A DNA stretch of 64,000 nt from Amoebidium appalachense (Eukaryota > Protista > Ichthyosporea). Of this stretch, positions 56,512 through 64,000 are shown piece after piece. Position 1 is the stretch's first letter, and the number at the start of each line of letters is the position of its first letter. The stretch spans positions 6,263,794 to 6,327,793 of the forward strand of contig CAVNZM010000010.1 in NCBI GenBank assembly GCA_963693365.1, read 5' to 3'. The position numbers and the translations under genes are program-made. A model generated the notes under the pieces. The model did no database searches and was not told where the DNA came from. It saw nothing but the letters and a program-made list of their open reading frames with translations.

Positions 56512-57892
56512 GGGAGGGAGCAAGGGACAATGGGAGGGTGTGAGAGACCCCGGGAGCCGGGGGCGAGCCAGAAAACCGGAGAACCTGGAGGGCAGGGCGG
56601 AATGGAGGAGGAGGAAGACGAGAACTCACCCGGCACGAAGTAGTCATAGCTGATGGCGCCGATGGGGTCATCGGTCTCAATGTTGCACTGGCCCTTGATG
56701 GGCGTCAGCCACAACTCACCAAAAGCAAGCTGTGTGCAGTTTGCATCCCAGAAGTCTCCCGTCACCAGCCACTCACCAACAACCACCGTCTTGACGTACT
56801 GCGGGCTGTCTGGCATGGTGAAGTTGGTTGCAGGGTATGTGTGGCGCGTGGTGATGTTGTTCTCGGTCACCTCATAAACAGTGTCCGCCACACTGCATTT
56901 ACCAACGATGTTGACAGATGTCGTGCGGTTAACTGGGAATTTATCCATAGTTGGGCAAAATACAGGGGTGTGAACGTTGCGCTCGAGACCATCATCGGCG
57001 TCGGTGACCTTGTGCTCGCCCTCGATGGATGGGGCGGAGAAATTGAAGGTCCAGTTTTCAACGCGGTAGATCTCGGACACGTTGAACATGTCCTCCTCGT
57101 CCTGCAGATTTGAAACATAGTTATGTCAGCAAGGGTCGTTACAAGCATGTATGCTTGGAAAAGGAAATATAAACGGCAGAGCTGACAACTTGTATTCGAG
57201 AGCATTGGATTTTGCTAGCAATCAGGCTAGTGAGCCCAAAAGCCCATCCAATAAACTTCGAGATTGCACCGTGCGTACCCACACACAGATCATTCACCAC
57301 CCACCTCAAGGATTAAAGATAACTGCTTCTCTGGACTTAGGAGCTCCTCCCCCCCCTCCCCTCCCCCCCTCCCCCCGGCCCCACCGCCGCCACCACCACC
57401 ACCACGCGCTCACACGTTCCTAAAGTCAAACCAACTATAGGTGTCTTTAGCGCCCACCTCATAAACATAGTCCGAAGTTGGAATGCACGTATCCAACGGG
57501 TAGACGCTCTTTGTGTCATTACTGGCCGGGGTGCAGGTGCCGTTTGAACTACGGAAAGTTGTGAACGTAACGTGTGTAGTGTTGACGGTGGCCTTGCGGG
57601 CAACAGCAAGTGTTACGTTGTTGATGGAGTCCCACATATGAAACGTGACGCACTCATCAAGTGCCCACACCTTATCATCAAACATGCCAACGGTAGAGCT
57701 GCACCCCGTACCCCACATAGAGCGGTGAACAACTACACGTCCAGTTGTGTTTGTACTGTTTGAAGGCGCGGAAATGATTGTTGGGGGGGCGGCCACGTCA
57801 GCGGCCTGCCGCCGGCCGAAACCGAGGCTCCATGCGGAGGTGGCTTGAGCCATGAGGGCCGCGGCCACGATTTTAACGATGGTGGTGGCCAT
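55415..57892 (-). CDS. Secreted, heavily N-glycosylated protein of unknown function (3 exons)
   Basis: Exon 1 57892-~57416 carries a signal peptide (MATTIVKIVAAALMAQATSA). Exon 2 is ~57101-56630. Exon 3 ~55497-55415 encodes an Ala/Thr tail ending in TAA. Splice sites are GT-AG and phase-compatible, with many NxS/T sequons. Confidence 0.75.
55823..56129 (-). mobile_element. Subfamily B structured retroelement in intron 2 of the secreted-protein gene
   Basis: Reverse complement is nearly identical to 47566-47871. The 3' end abuts poly-C on the minus strand. Confidence 0.9.
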
Positions 57893-58077
57893 ATCTAGAG
57901 TTTTTACTACAGTGTTAGAAATAAGGTCCGGTGGTTTAATTTTGTGCCTGTTTAGCGGATAGCTTTTGAAGAGGAACCCATCTGTGCATGTTTGGCTTTT
58001 ATGTAGCGATCGCTGCGCATGCGGCCAGAGTCGCGGCCGGGGCTGGGCTTGAAAACATGAAACATGGCATTTTTTCA

Positions 58078-58457
58078 CCAATCGGAGTGAAGGATCTAGG
58101 ATTGATTGGTGCAAAGAACCCAATAGCTTAAATTAGCTTTCGATCATGGAACATTCTTGCAGCCAATCAAAATACTGAAATGATATAATTGGACAGGAAA
58201 GCACCACCTTCTATGACCTAATCGGACGAACGGGTGCTTTTGACTAGTTGTGTGCGGTGTGAGCTTCAATGGTGCACTATTACCGACCATATTTCTATAA
58301 GTTTTGTTTCTGTGTCGAATGACTCTTGTAAAATCTGTATACTTAAGGACCATCTATCGCAAACATCTACAGATCTATATAATGAATTCATCATCATGAA
58401 TCTTGGAACCGTTGAGTCCGTCATCTACTGTCCTTCGAAATAGAAGCATCCGATTGG
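58078..58457. promoter_or_regulatory. CCAAT-box cluster upstream of the secreted-protein gene
   Basis: CCAAT or ATTGG at 58078, 58105, 58120, 58163, 58188 and 58453. Confidence 0.45.
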
Positions 58458-58961
58458 CAAAACGTTTACTCCATCAGGGTGTGAAATCTATTTTTGGCTA
58501 AAACAAATGTCAAACAAAATAAAGCACATTACCGTCCCAAATGCAAATACATAGATGGGCCTATATGATGTGCCACCATCCGTTGTAAGGCCTTTTTAAA
58601 ACAATAGTTTTGGCTGTAGGAAGGGCCACTGGCTGAAAAGTTAGTAGCCTAACCTCAAGAAACTGGTTACACCTTCCGAGGCCGGGCTGGGCCATAAATA
58701 TACCCCTCCTTGCAATTGAACCGCTTCACTAGTACTGAGCCCGAAGGCTGTATGCATAATTCGAACAAGATTATTTTCCCTAGGCCTTGCTCCCCTCTGC
58801 AAGTAAGACCTACGTCAACCGATATCGATGCATAATAGGTCTAATATTAACAGGTGTTTGGGGTACCTACAGTATACGTAGATGCAGCCCCAGTTCTCAC
58901 AAGATGTTTGAGATAATTGTATGTATTTGCCGCTGGTCCCCCCGGGCCCCGGCCCCCCCCT

Positions 58962-58992
<31 letters not shown>

Positions 58993-59274
58993 CTCCCCCC
59001 ATCGTAGTACATGTATTATTTATGATTAAATAATCCCCCTGTAGCCCACAAGGTCACATGGTCAACCAAACACACCCTTCCAACTTGGCTTTCATCCCTT
59101 TCTCCCACCCAACAACAATTTCTCACTCACTCATATCATGATCAACGGTACCGGCCCTGACGTCAGCGCAATGATTTGGATGGCGTATACGTAACGATAT
59201 TATTATTATGTATGCGTTGGTTATAATTTATGACCTTAATACGTTGTATTTGTGTGTTTGTGTGTTTGTGTACA

Positions 59275-59360
<86 letters not shown>

Positions 59361-59416
59361 CGTGTGTGTGCGCGCGCGCGCGTGTCGTGTGTGTGTGTGT
59401 GTGTGTATGTGTGTGT

Positions 59417-59511
<95 letters not shown>

Positions 59512-59723
59512 CCGTCTGTGTCGTGTGTGTGCTTGCTGCATGCATGCGCATGGTAACTCTGACACTAGTACTATATTATAGATAGTAGTGAACTGCATCT
59601 GCAGTAATAGACATCATCATCATGTTGTTTGGAGTCCACTTTGGACGGATGCAGTGATCTGTGCGATGAGGTTTACACACCATTTTATCAATTCCATCAT
59701 GTGCATGCCGCATGTCACGTGTG

Positions 59724-59855
<132 letters not shown>

Positions 59856-60831
59856 ACAGTGTGTTCAAATTGGGTGCATGCCGCAACGGTATGTACCATA
59901 AAGACATGCCTAGCTGTAGCATCTGCCTGTGCTCCAGCTGGGTTTGCCCGTGGACGAAGGAATGTCTTCTGTCACAGAGGCAGAGAGAATGTCTGTGTGT
60001 TTGGGTGAGCATGGATGCGCGCCTTGAACGTATGCCTGTACTTCTGTACAAATATTATTTTTCCTCTCTTCATATATTTTGTCTTTACTTTTGTATTTGC
60101 GGGTGTGTGTGTCTTTTTTTTTCGATGCGTCCTGCGCACCAATAGTAAGGCACACACACACCGGGTGTGATCGATACGACCATGTCTGCGTGGCAACTGG
60201 CACGGCCCTCTGAAAAAAGTGCAACTGGCCAACTTGAGTCCACAGAGGCAGTGTTTTGTCGGAAGCGAGCGCAGAAATAACCCGCGGAGAAAAGAGGGAA
60301 ACTCGATTTGCAAAGTAGCTTACATTGTTGAGAATGGCTCGACTAAGCTTGTGTGCGGCCTTTTTTATTACGGAGGTGACCGTGTGCGGGCGAGTGACAG
60401 ACTGACACTTCATAGTAGTCTTACCCGACCCCCTACTGACGTCACACCCCACAAGGATCGCAGAGTAGAAAGGGCTTCCACCTTGAAGAAGAAGCTTGCC
60501 GCAGGGAGACAGCATTCAGCATCACTGCAGCTGAGCATGGTGAGCTACAGCTGCGAGCCTGCGCGGCACCAACCAAACCTGTCCCGAGTCATCGAATTCT
60601 GTACTCATGCATGCGCATGTGCCAAACTCACGGTGATCACACTCTGACGTTGCGTATGCTAGCTAGCCAGCACCACGACGCCTCAGCCTGACCGATGTTT
60701 GACTGGGTTTCGCATAACGAATATGACACGAATAGAAGAATTACGATGAAGGAAATGTGAAATAGTGTTCTTTTACACATTATAATCTGTCATATGCATG
60801 ACAATGTGCTCTTGATCACGATCCCTATTAT

Positions 60832-60909
60832 AGCCAACCCCTTGAAGTTGCATTAATGCAGCCAACCCCTTGAAGTTGCGTTGAAACCCCTTGAAGTTGC
60901 ATTAATGCA
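60832..60909. repeat. Short tandem repeat of aaccccttgaagttgc (3 copies)
   Basis: Directly visible. Confidence 0.8.
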
Positions 60910-61310
60910 TTGTGCCCCCCCCCCCCCCCCCCCCCCTCCCCCCCCCTCCCCCCTCCCCCCCCCCCATCCCCCCCGGGGCCCTCCCCCCCCCTCTCCGACA
61001 ATGATCCGAGTCTTACCCCCCTCCCCTCCCCCTCCCACTGGCATGCCCACGTGCACACGTGTCACACCGGATCCCCTTTCTTGTAAAGGATTTTTGAATT
61101 TGAAATGGGGGGGGGGGAGTAGTAAATATCGATGTCCCCCCTGGTGGTACCCCCCTCCCCCCCTCCCGGCGGGGGGGGGACCCACCCCCTCCCGGCCCCC
61201 CCCCCTTACCCCCCTGCGTGCGCGTGATCATGGCATTAAAGAGTCCCCGAAATTTTCACCCTCCTAAGACGGTATTCTTTTTGGCAACTGATGCATATCC
61301 CCATCCTCTT

Positions 61311-61341
<31 letters not shown>

Positions 61342-61648
61342 TTCCCCCCATTGTACACCCATACACACACACACTCACGTGCACACACACACGCACGCAC
61401 CACACACGCGCGCACGCGCGCGCAGTCACCCATACATGCACACACACACACTGTGGCACGTGCACGCGCGGCCGTACACGCACACGCACACGCACACGCA
61501 CACACACACACACACACTGTCACACACACACACAAACACACACATACACACACACGCGCGCACACGTCACACAGACACACACACACGTGCACGTGACTGC
61601 GCGCGTGTCTGTACACACACGCGCACACACGCACACACACACACAGTG

Positions 61649-61694
<46 letters not shown>

Positions 61695-61896
61695 TTCTGC
61701 ACGCGCGGCCGTACACGCACACACACACGCATACACACACGCATACACACACACACAGTTTCACACACACACACAAACACACACATACACACGCACGCGC
61801 GCACACACACACAGGCACACACGCGCGCGTGTGACTGCGCGCGTGTCTGTACACGCACACGCACACACGCACACGCATGCGTGCGCACACACACGT

Positions 61897-61928
<32 letters not shown>

Positions 61929-63460
61929 GCGCGCGCGCATACGTGGACGCGCGGCCGTACGTACACGCACACGCACACGCACTTCCAACCCGTTCGTGCC
62001 CTGGGGTGGGGGAGAGGGGGGAGGGCAGGGAAGGGGGGGGGGGAGGGGAGGGGAGGGGAGGGGGGAGTATGACCGTATGGCATAGTCTGAGTTTCAGGTG
62101 ATCAAGGAACTCTATTAGCCTCAATCAAAGTTTACGTTTTGGCATTGTATGCATGCATATGTAAGCTGCTGCTGAATATAGTACTCTTATGTGATCAGGT
62201 TTTATGATACAGTCACATGATGTCAGCCTATAGGGTGGGCGGTGGGTCCCCTCCCCCTCCCCTCCCCCTGCTAGCCGGAGGGGTGGGTGGGTCCCCCCCC
62301 CCCGCAACGTTACTACTACCCCCCTCCCCGTTCAAAATCAAGAATCCCTAACCCCCTTTCCACCCTCCCATATTTCCCCTCCTACCACATACCTCCCAGA
62401 TTCTGATGACAACCCCTTCCCCCCCCCTCCCCCCCCCCCAACCCACCCATGTGCATATCCACCACCACCACCACACACGTGTACACAAAAATCTTCGATT
62501 TCAACACTACATATACCTATAAACACAGCCTTGTCAACCAGTTGCATAAATGCATTGCCTTTTACTTTATTACACCACCGAGTCAATACATTTCTGCAGT
62601 GGTATGGATAGTGGAACCTGTCAACAGCTGCAACCATACAAATTCATAATTCAGCCACCCGGGCTGAAGATTTCAAGTAGTATAACTAGTACTGGTGCAA
62701 AAGGTTCATATAACAATAATATATCACAATTGGCAAAGAACCACATCCTTTCCAGTGCGTTGATAAACGCAAAAAAAAAAAAAAAAAAAAACCTAAACGT
62801 GCAGTGTTTGCATGTTTGCTAAGGCTGTAAAATAACTGTTTTCATTCCTGATATACGACATGATGCAATACAGTAATTACCACGTGCATTCACATAACGT
62901 GCAAACAAACCATTATTGGTGCACGATATGTCAGGTTTAAACGAAAAGCAGGAAAGCAATCCTATGCAATGCACCGAACAGTGTTAGCAGCACTGTCTCC
63001 CCCCCCCCCCCCCCCCTCCCTCCCTCCCCCGCTGCGCAAAACACACACACACACACACACACACACAACGAAAAAGGGGGGGGGGGGGGGGGGGGAGAGA
63101 AGGAAAAAAGAAGGAAAAAAGAAGGGAAAAGAAGAAAAAAAGAACCCCTCCTCCGGGTTCACCGTCCCTCCCCTATGCTACTGTTCACTGCACGGTAAGG
63201 AACAAGCAGCAATTATCCGATTTCCGAATTGAAAAACAATGTCTTCAATCTGTATATGATGGTTGGGATCCCAGCTCAGCTTCACAGCTCACGGCGCAAG
63301 CTACCGTCATATTTTCACCTCGCGCGTCAGGGGCAAAATAAAAATGGAAATAAAAAATGAAAATATGAAAGAAAACAGGGATAGCATGAAGACATGAATC
63401 GAAGAGACGGTGACCGGAAAGGCCGTTCAGAATCTCATCGGACGGAAAACTGTCGCATTA

Positions 63461-63621
63461 TTACCGGATTTGGGTAAATGGGGACAGGAGGGACGTTGAC
63501 TCCTGTGGGCTCTGGGATTTGTTAAAGACACTCCAAAACCGCAGCGTCTCATCCCCAGCACCCGTGACGATGTTTTGGCCGTCGGGGGACATGGCAAGGT
63601 AGAGCACCCGGTACGTGTGGC
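63461..63621 (-). CDS. FZR1: Last exon of Fizzy-related/Cdh1 APC/C activator (remainder outside the window; absent from the ORF track)
   Basis: After the acceptor aag the exon reads GHTYRVLYLAMSPDGQNIVTGAGDETLRFWSVFNKSQSPQESTSLLSPFTQIR*. This is the final WD40 repeat plus the IR tail typical of Cdh1. Confidence 0.93.
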
Positions 63622-63622
63622 C

Positions 63623-63676
<54 letters not shown>

Positions 63677-64000
63677 CGGGTGGGGGTGGGGGGGAGGGGG
63701 AGCTTATGAGCAGCGAGTCCGGGAGTTGTATTATGGTACATGGATAATAAGAGTGCAACATGGAGTGGAAAGTCTTGGATGAGGTAGGGCGGGAGACAGA
63801 ACTTACACATACACCATTAGTTTTCGCTCTCTCTCTCCTCCACCCCCCCCCCCCCCCTCCCCCCACCCCCTCTTCCCCCTGTGCAGGGCAGGTGTCACTC
63901 TCGTTCCCTCTTTCTATTTCTTTCTGCACCTGTGTGTGCGTGCGCGTGTTTGTGTGTGGTTGCATGTATGTTCAATACAGTGGGTGTGCAGTGTTGGACT

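Noticed and set aside
60219-60647. 142-aa non-repetitive ORF
   Set aside because: No recognisable motif, start context or consistent splice structure, so it cannot be supported as a gene.

Overview
Intron-rich eukaryotic genomic DNA full of (CA)n microsatellites and long G/C homopolymers. The gene content suggests a holozoan, possibly a unicellular animal relative; this is inference only. Genes reconstructed by hand from GT-AG exons: the 3' part of a GRK-like kinase (+), a TMCO4/DUF726 alpha/beta-hydrolase (+), an NXPE/PC-esterase-like SGNH protein (-), a complete 13-exon glycogen phosphorylase (+), an orphan secreted glycoprotein (-) and the last exon of FZR1/Cdh1 (-). Mobile DNA: a hAT relic, a 5'-truncated APE-RT LINE with a 15-bp TSD, and a Penelope-like (PLE) reverse transcriptase inside a phosphorylase intron. 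The most notable signal is a dispersed family of short non-coding retroelements linked to the PLE 3' end. They share a covarying, pseudoknotted RNA fold carrying all hammerhead core motifs (GUU, CUGAGGA, GAAAC), but in a non-canonical strand order and with helices inserted between A9 and stem II. They end at poly-C tracts, and all intronic copies lie in sense to their host genes. Almost all long ORFs in the supplied track are low-complexity artefacts. All RNA structures were derived by eye and are hypotheses.
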